Shown: in pieces, positions 44,061 through 55,915 of the stretch | How the letters are laid out: each line of letters starts with the position of its first letter | Numbering within the stretch: the first letter of the stretch is position 1 | Origin: an uncultured SAR86 cluster bacterium | GTDB lineage: Bacteria; Pseudomonadota; Gammaproteobacteria; Magnimaribacterales; D2472 | Reading direction: 5' to 3' | Length of the DNA: 64,000 nt | NCBI GenBank assembly: GCA_943788515.1 | Contig: CALSQM010000003.1 | Span: 155,123 to 219,122, forward strand | The notes under the pieces: model-generated | What the model saw: only the letters and a program-made list of their open reading frames with translations | The model's database searches: none | Told to the model about the DNA's origin: nothing | Made by a program: the position numbers and the translations under genes

Positions 44061-46832
44061 ATGACAATTAACTATCGGGATACATTAAATCTTCCTCAAA
44101 CAGAATTATCCATGAAGGCAGGGCTACCTAAAAAAGAGCCTGAGATTTTAGATTTTTGGAACGACATTGGACTATATGAAAAAATCCGTCAACAAAATCT
44201 TAATAATAAAAAATTTATACTTCACGATGGACCTCCCTATGCAAATGGAGCTATTCACTTAGGCCATTCCGTAAATAAAATTCTTAAAGATATAACTATT
44301 AAATCTAAGACTTTGCAGGGGTTAGATGCTCCCTATGTTCCTGGGTGGGACTGCCATGGGCTTCCAATTGAACTTAATGTTGAAAAAAAGCATGGAAAGA
44401 GAAGTGAGCTTGTTCAGAATAAAAAAATGTTTCAAGAGGCCTGCAAGGAATATGCCCTTACTCAAATCGAGAGTCAAAAAAAAGATTTTATTAGATTGGG
44501 TGTACTGGGTGAATGGGATAATCCTTACAAGAGTTTAGACTCATCTTTTGAAGCAAATGCAGTACGTGCCTTGGGAAGAATATATGAGGCTGGGCATATA
44601 GAAAAAGGTGAAAAACCTGTGCATTGGTGCCAAGATTGTGGATCTGCTCTTGCTGAGGCAGAGGTTGAATATCAGGACAAAACCTCTAAATCTATTGACG
44701 TTGCATTTAAAGCAAATGAGCAATCCTTAAAGAAATTAAATGAAGTATTTGCAACAAATATAGTTGATGGCATTTCATTCGTAATATGGACAACTACGCC
44801 ATGGACTATTCCATCTAATGTTGCGGTATGTATAAATCCTGAATTAGATTATGCGCTAATTAAACTAGATGGAGAGCATTTGGTTATTGCTGACGCTATG
44901 ATTGAGCTATGTATGGAAAGGTGGGGCACTACTTCAGAATTAGTCTCAAAAACATTAGGAAAAAACCTAGTCGATATTTCTTTGATACATCCTTTTATTG
45001 AGAGGAATTCAGAATTACTTCATGGAGACCATGTCACTACAGAAGCAGGGACAGGTTGTGTGCATACAGCACCAGCACATGGATTAGATGATTATTTTAT
45101 TTGTAAAAAACATGGCATTGAAACCTTCAAAGCACTTAATATTAAAGGCTTTTTTAAGGAAGAATTTGAATTTATTGCTGGTCTACCGGCCTCAAAGGCC
45201 GATCCATTGGTTATTGAAAAGCTAAATGAAGTAAAAGCTTTAGTTAATTGTGATGACTTTCATCACTCATACCCGCATTGTTGGAGGCATAAATCTCCAC
45301 TAATTTTTACCTCAACTGCTCAATGGTTTATTTCTATGAATAAATCAGGACTTTTAAATGAGGCTCTTCAAAGCATATCTGGAGTTTCATGGGAGCCATC
45401 ATGGGGAGAGCAAAGGATAGAGGGGATGTTAACTGATAGGCCGGATTGGTGCATATCAAGGCAAAGAAATTGGGGAGTGCCAATAACACTAGTTGTTCAT
45501 AAAGAAACAGGTGCAATTCATCCAAATCAATCAGAGCTATTTAAACAATTTGCTAATTTAATTGAAGAAAATGGTATATCTTCATGGGAATCACTAGATC
45601 TTAATGAATTCATAGATGATGGAGATTCATATATTAAGATCACAGACTCATTAGACGTTTGGTTCGATTCAGGCGTTACTCATTTTGCTGTTTCTGAGCA
45701 AAGGTTTGAAGAAGGCATTGTTGCTGATTTATATCTTGAAGGCTCTGATCAACATAGAGGCTGGTTCCAATCATCACTTTTAACAAGCATTGCAATGAAT
45801 GGAAGGGCTCCTTATAAAGCAGTTCTAACACATGGATTTGTAGTTGATGAAAACGGAAGGAAGCAATCTAAATCTCTTGGTAATGTAGTTTCACCTCAGA
45901 AGGTTTGGGATTCCTTAGGTGCAGACATTCTAAGATTATGGGTTGCATCAGCAGATTTTAGGAGCGAGATGGTTGCATCTGATGAAATCCTAAAGAGAGT
46001 ATCAGACCAATATAGAAGAATAAGAAATACATTCAGGTTTATTCTAGGGAACTTAAATGATTTTGATGAAAGCAAGAAAATAGTATTTGAAGACCAAATT
46101 GAGTTAGATAAATGGATTGTGCTTGAAACAGCTAAACTGCAAGAGGAGGTTTTAAAATTATATGAGTCATACTCATACCATAATGTTGTTCAAAAAATTC
46201 ATAACTTTTGTGTGAACGAATTAGGAGGCATTTATTTAGATATAGTTAAGGATAGGCTATACACCTGCAAAGATTCTTCTCATGCAAGACACTCTTGCCA
46301 AACAAGCTTGAATTACGTTTTAAATACCATGGTCAGATTAACTGCACCTATTCTATCTTTTACCTCTGAAGAAATTTGGCAGACCCACCCCTCATTAAAA
46401 GGTCAAAATGAATCTATTTTCTTATCAAAGTATTTTGAATCTAAGCAAGAAGGTGAGTGCGTAATTAGCTCATCAGACTGGGCTAGAATTTTTGAAATCA
46501 AAGACATAGTAAATCAATCTATTGAAAGATTAAGAAATGAAAATAAATTAAAAGGATCTTTGGATTCAAATGTGATTATTTCTGCAAATGAGGAAGATAA
46601 ATCAATTCTCGACAAGCTTGGATCTGAATTACATTTTGTATTTATATCTTCTCAAGCCTCTGTTATAGATGGTGATGCCTTGTCAATTCAGATCGATCAA
46701 ATGTCTGATGAGAAATGTACTAGATGCTGGCATAGGGATAGCACGGTTGGTGAGAGCAAAGATCATCCCGAAATTTGTTCAAGGTGCGAAGAGAATATTG
46801 ATCAGTTAGGGGAGAGTAGGTCATTTGTTTAA
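44061..46832 (+). CDS. ileS: Isoleucine--tRNA ligase (type 1)
   Basis: DGPPYANG..HLGH, WTTTPWT, GTGCVHTAP, EGSDQHRGWF, C-terminal zinc finger. Confidence 0.98.
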   Translation: MTINYRDTLNLPQTELSMKAGLPKKEPEILDFWNDIGLYEKIRQQNLNNKKFILHDGPPYANGAIHLGHSVNKILKDITIKSKTLQGLDAPYVPGWDCHGLPIELNVEKKHGKRSELVQNKKMFQEACKEYALTQIESQKKDFIRLGVLGEWDNPYKSLDSSFEANAVRALGRIYEAGHIEKGEKPVHWCQDCGSALAEAEVEYQDKTSKSIDVAFKANEQSLKKLNEVFATNIVDGISFVIWTTTPWTIPSNVAVCINPELDYALIKLDGEHLVIADAMIELCMERWGTTSELVSKTLGKNLVDISLIHPFIERNSELLHGDHVTTEAGTGCVHTAPAHGLDDYFICKKHGIETFKALNIKGFFKEEFEFIAGLPASKADPLVIEKLNEVKALVNCDDFHHSYPHCWRHKSPLIFTSTAQWFISMNKSGLLNEALQSISGVSWEPSWGEQRIEGMLTDRPDWCISRQRNWGVPITLVVHKETGAIHPNQSELFKQFANLIEENGISSWESLDLNEFIDDGDSYIKITDSLDVWFDSGVTHFAVSEQRFEEGIVADLYLEGSDQHRGWFQSSLLTSIAMNGRAPYKAVLTHGFVVDENGRKQSKSLGNVVSPQKVWDSLGADILRLWVASADFRSEMVASDEILKRVSDQYRRIRNTFRFILGNLNDFDESKKIVFEDQIELDKWIVLETAKLQEEVLKLYESYSYHNVVQKIHNFCVNELGGIYLDIVKDRLYTCKDSSHARHSCQTSLNYVLNTMVRLTAPILSFTSEEIWQTHPSLKGQNESIFLSKYFESKQEGECVISSSDWARIFEIKDIVNQSIERLRNENKLKGSLDSNVIISANEEDKSILDKLGSELHFVFISSQASVIDGDALSIQIDQMSDEKCTRCWHRDSTVGESKDHPEICSRCEENIDQLGESRSFV

Positions 46833-47295
46833 GAAAAGATTTTATATAACTATTTTTTTTCTATTTATTTTAGATACTTATACTAAACAGCTTGCTCTTC
46901 AATTTTTAGAACAAGACATATCAAGAGACTTCCTACCTTTTATTGATTTATATTTAACTTATAACTCTGGGGTAGCCTTTGGCTTTCTAGACCTTGGTGA
47001 AAAAAGTGTTTCTAATATTTTAACTTTCGTTGGTTTTCTCATCACTCTTTATTTATTTAAATTAATTAAAGAAGAAAGTAACCACAAAAAACAATTTTCT
47101 TTATCCATTATATGCGGAGGAGCAATAGGAAATATTGCAGATAGGTTTATGGATGGTTATGTAACTGATTTTCTTCATCTAAAAATTAACGATTTTTCAT
47201 TTTTTGTATTTAATTTTGCGGATGCATCGATAACTTTTGGTGCAATTTCTTTAATTTACCTTGAATTTTTTAAAAAGGATACACTTAAATTATGA
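46825..47295 (+). CDS. lspA: Lipoprotein signal peptidase
   Basis: [28 protein letters not shown]. Confidence 0.95.
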   Translation: MFKKRFYITIFFLFILDTYTKQLALQFLEQDISRDFLPFIDLYLTYNSGVAFGFLDLGEKSVSNILTFVGFLITLYLFKLIKEESNHKKQFSLSIICGGAIGNIADRFMDGYVTDFLHLKINDFSFFVFNFADASITFGAISLIYLEFFKKDTLKL

Positions 47296-48227
47296 TACAA
47301 ATTAAACTGGCGAATCCAAGAGGCTTCTGCGCAGGCGTTGATAGAGCGATAGATATTGTGAATAAGGCCTTAGAAAAATTTGGAAGTCCTGTGTATGTCA
47401 AGCATGAAGTAGTTCATAATAAATTCGTTGTTGAAGATCTTAAAAGCAGGGGTGCAATTTTTGTTGAGGAGATTGATGAGGTTCCAGATAACTCTTTAGT
47501 AATTTTTAGTGCTCATGGTGTTTCTAGAAAAGTTGAAGAAACTACAAAATCAAGAAAATTAGAATATTTTGATGCAACATGTCCTCTTGTAACCAAAGTG
47601 CATATGGAAGTAATAAGAAATGCTAGAGCAAGTAATGATATTATTTTAATTGGGCATGAGGGTCATCCCGAAGTTGAAGGAACCATGGGAAGGCATATCA
47701 ATAATAAATCTAGTAATATTTATCTAGTTCAAGATGAAAATGAGGCAGAAAGTATAATAATTGATAAGCCTGAAAAGCTAGCAATTGTTACCCAAACAAC
47801 TTTAAGTGTAGATGACACTAAAGCGATTATTGATATCCTTAAAACAAGATTCCCTAAGATAAATATTCCAAAAAAAGATGATATTTGCTACGCAACCCAA
47901 AACAGGCAAGATGCTGTTAAACAACTGGCATTAGAATCTGATTTCATGATTGTTGTTGGTTCAAGTAACAGCTCAAACTCAAATAGACTGCAAGAATTGA
48001 GTGAGAAGTGTGGCTGCAAATCTGTTTTAATTGATAGCTTTAAAGATTTAGATCTCAGAGAACTTGAAGGAAAGCAAAAGATAGCTATAACAGCTGGGGC
48101 TTCTGCACCAGAATCAAGAGTTCAAGATATAGCTTTAGCAGTTAGGGATTACACTGGTGCATCTATAAGTGAACATGGAGTTGATGAGGAGAATATATAT
48201 TTCAAGCTTCCTCCTTCCCTTAGATAG
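47292..48227 (+). CDS. ispH: HMBPP reductase
   Basis: [41 protein letters not shown]. Confidence 0.97.
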   Translation: MIQIKLANPRGFCAGVDRAIDIVNKALEKFGSPVYVKHEVVHNKFVVEDLKSRGAIFVEEIDEVPDNSLVIFSAHGVSRKVEETTKSRKLEYFDATCPLVTKVHMEVIRNARASNDIILIGHEGHPEVEGTMGRHINNKSSNIYLVQDENEAESIIIDKPEKLAIVTQTTLSVDDTKAIIDILKTRFPKINIPKKDDICYATQNRQDAVKQLALESDFMIVVGSSNSSNSNRLQELSEKCGCKSVLIDSFKDLDLRELEGKQKIAITAGASAPESRVQDIALAVRDYTGASISEHGVDEENIYFKLPPSLR

Positions 48228-48767
48228 ATGAAAATTAATAATCATTTGATTGCTGGTATTAAATTTTTAGAATCTCCAAACTTTAATACAAGGCCAAAAG
48301 ATATCTCAATAAATCTTTTGGTAATTCATTCCATAAGTCTTCCGCCAAAGGTATATGGCAACAACCATATAGAAAACTTCTTTTTAAATAAATTAGACCC
48401 CTCCTTAGATCCTTTCTATGAACAAATTAAAGAATTAAAAGTATCAACACATATATTAATAAAAAGGGATGGAGAAATTATCCAGTTCGTCCCGTTTAAT
48501 ATGCGAGCTTGGCACGCTGGCGAGTCGTCATATGATGGAAAAGACAATTGTAATGACTATTCTATAGGTATTGAGCTTGAGGGTGCTGATGATGATAATT
48601 TTGAAGAGATTCAATATGATAAGCTTTGTGAAGTCACCATTGCCTTGCAAGATAAATATAAGAATATTACAAAAGAAAATATTAAAGGTCACTCAGATAT
48701 TGCACCTGGAAGAAAAATAGATCCAGGAAGCTACTTTAAATGGGATAGATACCTTAATTCTTTATGA
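48228..48767 (+). CDS. ampD: 1,6-anhydro-N-acetylmuramyl-L-alanine amidase
   Basis: VIHSISLPP, RAWHAGES, SIGIELEG, GHSDIAPGRK.DPG. Confidence 0.95.
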   Translation: MKINNHLIAGIKFLESPNFNTRPKDISINLLVIHSISLPPKVYGNNHIENFFLNKLDPSLDPFYEQIKELKVSTHILIKRDGEIIQFVPFNMRAWHAGESSYDGKDNCNDYSIGIELEGADDDNFEEIQYDKLCEVTIALQDKYKNITKENIKGHSDIAPGRKIDPGSYFKWDRYLNSL

Positions 48768-50152
48768 TGCCTTCCTTTAAAGTTTTGAATAATAAACAAC
48801 TTAGCATGGTCTTTCTTGGGTTCGCATCTGGACTTCCATATATGCTAATTTTTTCAACCTTAGCGACATGGTTAGCAGATGCAGATATTGAAATAAAGAC
48901 TATAGGTTTTTTTGCATGGGTTGCATTGACATACTCATTAAAGATTTTCTGGGCTCCACTGGTTGATAATTTTTCAATCCCTTTTTTAAATAAATATGGG
49001 AAAAGGAAGAGCTGGATTATATTAATGCAAATTTTTATTATTTTTGGTTTATTTTCCCTTTCAATTACAGATCCAGCCTCTGATCTAAAATTATTTGCAT
49101 GCATTGCATTTTTTATTGCATTATGTGGCTCATTTAATGATATTGCAGTTGATGCTTTTAGGATAGAACTCTCAGAAATAGAAGAACAAGCAAGTCTCGC
49201 AGCTGGATATCAATTTGGTTACAGGGCTGCCATACTCCTTGCTACATCTGGAGCCTTGATCATTGCATCAAGAACTAGCTGGGAATTTGTATATCAAGCA
49301 ATGTCTTTAATTATGATTTTTGGAATTGTCGGCAGCCTAATCGTTAAAGAAAATGATAATCCCAGTTTGGTCAAATTAAGTATATTAAATTCTTTTTGGA
49401 TGCCTTTAAAAGATTTTTATAAAAGATTTGGTTTGTATATAGCATCATTATTATTATTAATAATATCAACATACAGATTGACGGATATCGTCACCGGGCA
49501 AATAACAAATGTTTTTTATATAAAGATGGGCTTTTCTCTTGTTGAATTAGCATTAGTAATAAAGTTTGTTGCACTTGGAGCTTCATTAGCAGGATTCTAT
49601 TTAGGCACTTTTTTTATTAAAAGATTTGATATATCAAAAGCATTAATTATAGGAGCTTTTTTTGTGATGTTAACGAATCTTTTTTTTGCTTATATTGCTA
49701 TATCAGAAAAAAGTTTAATTTCATTATCCATAATTGTAGCCTTGGACAGTATAGCTGCCGGAGTAGTGGGTACTGTTAATATTACTTTTTTAACAAGCTT
49801 AGTCTCAAAAAAATATACTGCATTTCAATATGCTTTGCTTACTTCAATAATGATGTTGATGGGAAAAGTTCTGTCGGGTTTTTCTGGAGTTATAATTGAT
49901 TTTTTCAGATCAATTATTTTCAAAGAAATGACTTTATCAAAAGAAATTACTACAATTTTTGACGAGGTGATTAACCCATTAGGCTTATTGCCTCAAGAAA
50001 TCTCTACTATCATAATTTCAGCAAATAACATTGTTATAAAATCCCATGATTATGCATGGATGTTTTTTTATATAAGCACTTCACTTCTTTCTATCCCATC
50101 AATTATTTTTATAATCATTTATATTAAAAGGAACGGAAATTATAGCGGATAG
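48764..50152 (+). CDS. ampG: Muropeptide MFS permease AmpG
   Basis: LGFASGLP, KIFWAPLVD, DIAVDAFRIE, YTAFQYALLTS. Confidence 0.92.
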   Translation: MMPSFKVLNNKQLSMVFLGFASGLPYMLIFSTLATWLADADIEIKTIGFFAWVALTYSLKIFWAPLVDNFSIPFLNKYGKRKSWIILMQIFIIFGLFSLSITDPASDLKLFACIAFFIALCGSFNDIAVDAFRIELSEIEEQASLAAGYQFGYRAAILLATSGALIIASRTSWEFVYQAMSLIMIFGIVGSLIVKENDNPSLVKLSILNSFWMPLKDFYKRFGLYIASLLLLIISTYRLTDIVTGQITNVFYIKMGFSLVELALVIKFVALGASLAGFYLGTFFIKRFDISKALIIGAFFVMLTNLFFAYIAISEKSLISLSIIVALDSIAAGVVGTVNITFLTSLVSKKYTAFQYALLTSIMMLMGKVLSGFSGVIIDFFRSIIFKEMTLSKEITTIFDEVINPLGLLPQEISTIIISANNIVIKSHDYAWMFFYISTSLLSIPSIIFIIIYIKRNGNYSG

Positions 50153-50480
50153 GATTTATAAACTAACTTTCTTTACATCTTTAGCTATTATTACGTGGCT
50201 TAGTGTTGTTCCAGCATCTGATATTTCAAATATTGCTGCATTAAGTTTTTTAACTGATAAGGCTATTCATTTTCTTATATTTTTATATTTATCATCAATA
50301 GGACTTTTAAGCAGGTTCAAATTATCAAATATTTATTTATTATTAGCCATTTTCAGCTTTGGGCTGCTTATAGAGATAATTCATTTTTATCACCCTTGCA
50401 GATATTTTGAGTTAGCTGATCTTGCTGCAAATTCATTGGGGATTCTTCTGGCCTCTTTTATTTTTCAAAAAAAAGATTAA
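50133..50480 (+). CDS. VanZ-family membrane protein with no ATG/GTG/TTG start (not in ORF track)
   Basis: Manual translation: ...ITWLSVVP...TDKAIHFLIF...FGLLIEIIHFYHPCRYFELADLAANSLG...KKD*; frame open 50115-50480. Confidence 0.75.
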   Translation, partial: TEIIADRIYKLTFFTSLAIITWLSVVPASDISNIAALSFLTDKAIHFLIFLYLSSIGLLSRFKLSNIYLLLAIFSFGLLIEIIHFYHPCRYFELADLAANSLGILLASFIFQKKD

Positions 50481-50576
50481 ATTATCTATTGATTTCTATT
50501 ATTTTGACCTTAACTATTGTTTAAGTTAATAAACTAATTAAAATTCATAAAATTAATTTTTATTGGGAGATAGAAA

Positions 50577-50864
50577 ATGAAATTAAAACCTTTACATGAC
50601 AAAGTTCTTGTGAAAAGAACAGAAGAGGAAGCAACCTCAGCTGGAGGTATTATTCTTTCAGGCTCTGCAAAAGAAAAGCCTTCACAGGGTGAAGTTATAG
50701 CAGTTGGGCCTGGTAAAAAAACAGATTCAGGCGATTTAATGCCAGTAGGTGTTAGCGTTGGTGATACTGTTATATTTGGGCAGTATGGCGGAAATGAAAT
50801 AAAACTAGATGGCGAAGATTTTCTCATATTAGGTGAGAGTGATATTTTCGGCGTTATTCAATAA
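50577..50864 (+). CDS. groES: Co-chaperonin GroES
   Basis: MKLKPLHDKVLVK, GGIIL, GEVIAVGPG. Confidence 0.98.
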   Translation: MKLKPLHDKVLVKRTEEEATSAGGIILSGSAKEKPSQGEVIAVGPGKKTDSGDLMPVGVSVGDTVIFGQYGGNEIKLDGEDFLILGESDIFGVIQ

Positions 50865-50891
50865 GTAATTTAAATTAAGGGAGATATATAA

Positions 50892-52535
<1,644 letters not shown>

Positions 52536-52551
52536 TTCTAAGTCTATATAT

Positions 52552-52577
52552 AAAATGGGGCTTTTCGCCCCATTTTT
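52552..52577 (+). terminator. Intrinsic terminator after groEL
   Basis: AAAATGGGGC-TTTTC-GCCCCATTTTT hairpin. Confidence 0.85.
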
Positions 52578-52633
52578 ATTAGATTTAAGGTACGTTTTAA
52601 TTTAATATAAGGGATACACTTTTACGGAGCATT

Positions 52634-53269
52634 ATGGATATCTTAACTGACCAATCTTTTTTTAGAGCTTTTCACATTCTTTTCGGAATTACCTGGATAG
52701 GATTACTTTATTACTTTAACTTTATACAGGGTGAATATGTAAAAGTTGCTAATCCAGATGCTAAAGCAGATGTATTCAAAAAGTTAGCCCCAAATGCATT
52801 ATGGTGGTTTAGATGGGCTGCATTATTTACTTTTTTAACTGGTGTTATCTTATTATATCAAGTAACAGCAAAACTTAGTACAGAAATTATCCTTGGCGCA
52901 ACAATGGGTACATTAATGATGTTAAATGTATGGGGTATTATTTGGAGAAACCAAAAAATTGTATTAGGTATGAAAGAAGGTAATGCTGCAGTTGCTGGTG
53001 CAAAGGCAGGGCTTGCCTCAAGAACTAATACTTTATTTTCAGTTCCAATGCTTATGTATATGGTTTACTCAGCTCACAGCCCAGGTGCATATCTAGCAGT
53101 AGATGGCTGGACCACTTCAAGTCTATTAGTAGGTTTAGCAATAATTTTTGCTATTGAAGCTAATGCCATATGGGGAAAAATGTTATCAGTTATAACGTCA
53201 GTTAGAGCTGTAATAATTTCATCATTTGTTTTGGCTGTTGTACTTAAACTAATCACAGATCTTTTATAA
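52634..53269 (+). CDS. PuuD-like (urate hydroxylase N-terminal family) membrane protein without a cytochrome c domain
   Basis: RAFHILFGITWIGLLYYFNF, ALWWFRWAALFT, NVWGIIWRNQK, SRTNTLFSVPML; no CxxCH. Confidence 0.65.
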   Translation: MDILTDQSFFRAFHILFGITWIGLLYYFNFIQGEYVKVANPDAKADVFKKLAPNALWWFRWAALFTFLTGVILLYQVTAKLSTEIILGATMGTLMMLNVWGIIWRNQKIVLGMKEGNAAVAGAKAGLASRTNTLFSVPMLMYMVYSAHSPGAYLAVDGWTTSSLLVGLAIIFAIEANAIWGKMLSVITSVRAVIISSFVLAVVLKLITDLL

Positions 53270-53298
53270 ATAATTAATAATTCTTAAGGAGAATTTAG

Positions 53299-53883
53299 AT
53301 GTCTAACAAACCAACCAAAGAAGAAGCATTAAAAGCTGTAGAAACGCTTATCTCATGGGCTGGTGATGATCCAACTCGTGAAGGGTTGATTGAGACTCCT
53401 CATAGAGTTATCAGGGCCTATAAAGAGTTTTTTGCAGGTTATGATGAGGATCCAGAAAAAGTGCTCACAAAAACTTTTGAAGAAGTTGAGGGCTATGATG
53501 ATGCTGTAATTGTTAGAAATATCAGAGTAGAGTCCCATTGCGAACATCATATGGTGCCTATTCTTGGGGTAGCGCATATTGGTTATATACCAAACAAAAG
53601 AGTTGTAGGCATAAGCAAGTTGGCAAGAATTGTTGATATATATGGAAAAAGGCTTCAAACCCAAGAAACTATGACTGCTCAAATAGCAGACACAATTCAA
53701 AGAGTCTTAGAACCTAAAGGAGTAGCAGTTGTAATAGATGCAGGCCATCAGTGTATGACCACAAGAGGAATCCATAAAACAGAATCTAGCACTATCACAA
53801 GTAGAATGCTTGGTAGCTTTAGAGATAATATAGAAACAAGATCCGAGTTTATGCACTTAATCCATTCTCCTAAAGCATTTTAA
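53299..53883 (+). CDS. folE: GTP cyclohydrolase I
   Basis: REGL.ETP.RV, SHCEHHMVP, GISKLAR, HQCMTTRG. Confidence 0.97.
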   Translation: MSNKPTKEEALKAVETLISWAGDDPTREGLIETPHRVIRAYKEFFAGYDEDPEKVLTKTFEEVEGYDDAVIVRNIRVESHCEHHMVPILGVAHIGYIPNKRVVGISKLARIVDIYGKRLQTQETMTAQIADTIQRVLEPKGVAVVIDAGHQCMTTRGIHKTESSTITSRMLGSFRDNIETRSEFMHLIHSPKAF

Positions 53884-54522
53884 ATGAGCAATGGTTCGAT
53901 ACTTTCTAGTATCAATCCTGCCACACCTATAATTTTAGCATCCGGCTCCCAAAGCCGAAAAATAATGCTGGAAGATGCAGGCATAATATTTAAAACCATT
54001 ACATCTGAGGTTGATGAGGATGCTCTAAAAATTAAAATTGCTTCTATGCCTTTTAAGCAACAAGTTATTGAACTAGCAAAGGCTAAAGCCAAGGTAGTGA
54101 GCTTTAGTAATCCTGGAAATATAGTTATTGGTGGAGATCAAATGTGTATTTTTGAAAATAAAGTATTTGATAAACCGGGCTCCGAAGAAAAAGCTATTAG
54201 TAATTTAAAATTATTATCTGGAACTACACACTTTCAACATAGTGGTGTTTGCATTTATAAAGATGGCAAATCTTTATGGGAATATTCAGAGGTTGTGAAA
54301 ATGAATATGCATGATTTATCTGATGAAGAGATTATTAATTATGTAAAGCTTGAAAATCCAATTCATGCAGCAGGTGCATATAAATTTGAATCTCTTGGAT
54401 GTAACTTATTTTCTAGTGTAGATGGCTCATCATATACAATTAGGGGAATGCCATTATTACCATTATTAAATGAGCTTAGAAATTTAAACATTGTAGACCT
54501 AAATAGAATCTCAAAAAATTAA
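53884..54522 (+). CDS. maf: Maf-family nucleoside triphosphate pyrophosphatase
   Basis: IILASGSQSR, GGDQ, DKP, AGAYKFE, GMPLLPL. Confidence 0.92.
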   Translation: MSNGSILSSINPATPIILASGSQSRKIMLEDAGIIFKTITSEVDEDALKIKIASMPFKQQVIELAKAKAKVVSFSNPGNIVIGGDQMCIFENKVFDKPGSEEKAISNLKLLSGTTHFQHSGVCIYKDGKSLWEYSEVVKMNMHDLSDEEIINYVKLENPIHAAGAYKFESLGCNLFSSVDGSSYTIRGMPLLPLLNELRNLNIVDLNRISKN

Positions 54523-54526
54523 AACA

Positions 54527-55915
54527 ATGCAACCTATTAAAATATTTAATACTCTTTCAGGTAAAAAAGAGGATTTCCATCCTTTAGATTCTGGCCATAT
54601 TAAAATCTACGCTTGCGGGCCAACGGTTTATAACTTTGCACACATTGGCAATGCCAGAATGGCTGTTGTATTTGACACACTTGTAAGAGTTTTAAGATAT
54701 AAATACCCAAAAGTTACATACGTTTCAAACATAACAGATATTGATGACAAAATTATTGATGCAGCTAATGAACAAAAAGTACCTATAAAAACAATCACTG
54801 AGAAATACACTAATATCTATAACGAAGATATGTCTCAACTGTCTGTAAATATTCCTGATATACAGCCTAAGGCAACAGAATATATTTCAGAGATGATTGA
54901 TTTAATAGAGAACCTTATTCTTAAAGAACATGCCTATGAGAAAGAGGGGCATGTATTGTTCCATGTACCTTCATATAAAAATTATGGAATGCTGTCTAAT
55001 AGAAATAGAGATGAACAGATAGCTGGCAGTAGGGTAGAAATTGCTCCTTTTAAAAAAGACCCAGCTGACTTCGTTCTCTGGAAACCAAGTTCTGATATTC
55101 AGCCGGGCTGGGATTCTCCATGGGGGTTTGGTAGGCCTGGTTGGCATACTGAATGTTCAGCCATGTCAGAGAAAACCTTGGGACTACCTTTTGATATTCA
55201 TGGTGGTGGCAGAGATTTAACTTTTCCTCATCATGAAAATGAAATAGCGCAAAGTTGTTGCTCCACTGCAGATATTAATAAACCAAATTCCTATGCAAAC
55301 TATTGGATGCACAATGGTTTTGTTACCATCAATGGCGAAAAAATGTCTAAATCGCTTGGCAATATTATTTTAGTGAAAGACTTATCAAATGAGTATCATG
55401 GCGAAGTAATAAGGCTGGCCTTATTATCCTCGCATTACAGACAAGGCCTTGATTGGAATGAAAAGGTCATACATCAAGCAAAAAAGCTATTGGATAAGCT
55501 TTATAAAACCTTACTAGATCTTGAGTCTGAAGATTTAGTTGAAATACAAGATAGTGATTGGATTAATCCATTGATGGATGATCTCAATACACCAGGCTTT
55601 ATAGCAAATATCAATGTTCTCATTAAGGATTATTCATCTGCATCAGAAAAACAAAAAGGTATTTTAAAAAGTAAGCTTATTCTTTTGGGTAGCCTTATGG
55701 GAGTTTTGCAAGAGGATCCAAAATCATGGTTTGAAATGAATCAATCTAATAAAGATTTTAACAAGGAAGAAATAGATAACTTAATATCAGAGCGAAACGA
55801 AGCAAAGATAAATAAAGACTATGCAAAAGCCGATATGATTAGAGATGAGCTTATGAGCAAAGGAATTGAGATTATGGATAGTAGCTCAGGAACATCATGG
55901 AAAGTGAAAGCATGA
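54527..55915 (+). CDS. cysS: Cysteine--tRNA ligase
   Basis: CGPTVY..HIGN, GRPGWHTECSAM, FPHHENE, KMSKS. Confidence 0.98.
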   Translation: MQPIKIFNTLSGKKEDFHPLDSGHIKIYACGPTVYNFAHIGNARMAVVFDTLVRVLRYKYPKVTYVSNITDIDDKIIDAANEQKVPIKTITEKYTNIYNEDMSQLSVNIPDIQPKATEYISEMIDLIENLILKEHAYEKEGHVLFHVPSYKNYGMLSNRNRDEQIAGSRVEIAPFKKDPADFVLWKPSSDIQPGWDSPWGFGRPGWHTECSAMSEKTLGLPFDIHGGGRDLTFPHHENEIAQSCCSTADINKPNSYANYWMHNGFVTINGEKMSKSLGNIILVKDLSNEYHGEVIRLALLSSHYRQGLDWNEKVIHQAKKLLDKLYKTLLDLESEDLVEIQDSDWINPLMDDLNTPGFIANINVLIKDYSSASEKQKGILKSKLILLGSLMGVLQEDPKSWFEMNQSNKDFNKEEIDNLISERNEAKINKDYAKADMIRDELMSKGIEIMDSSSGTSWKVKA

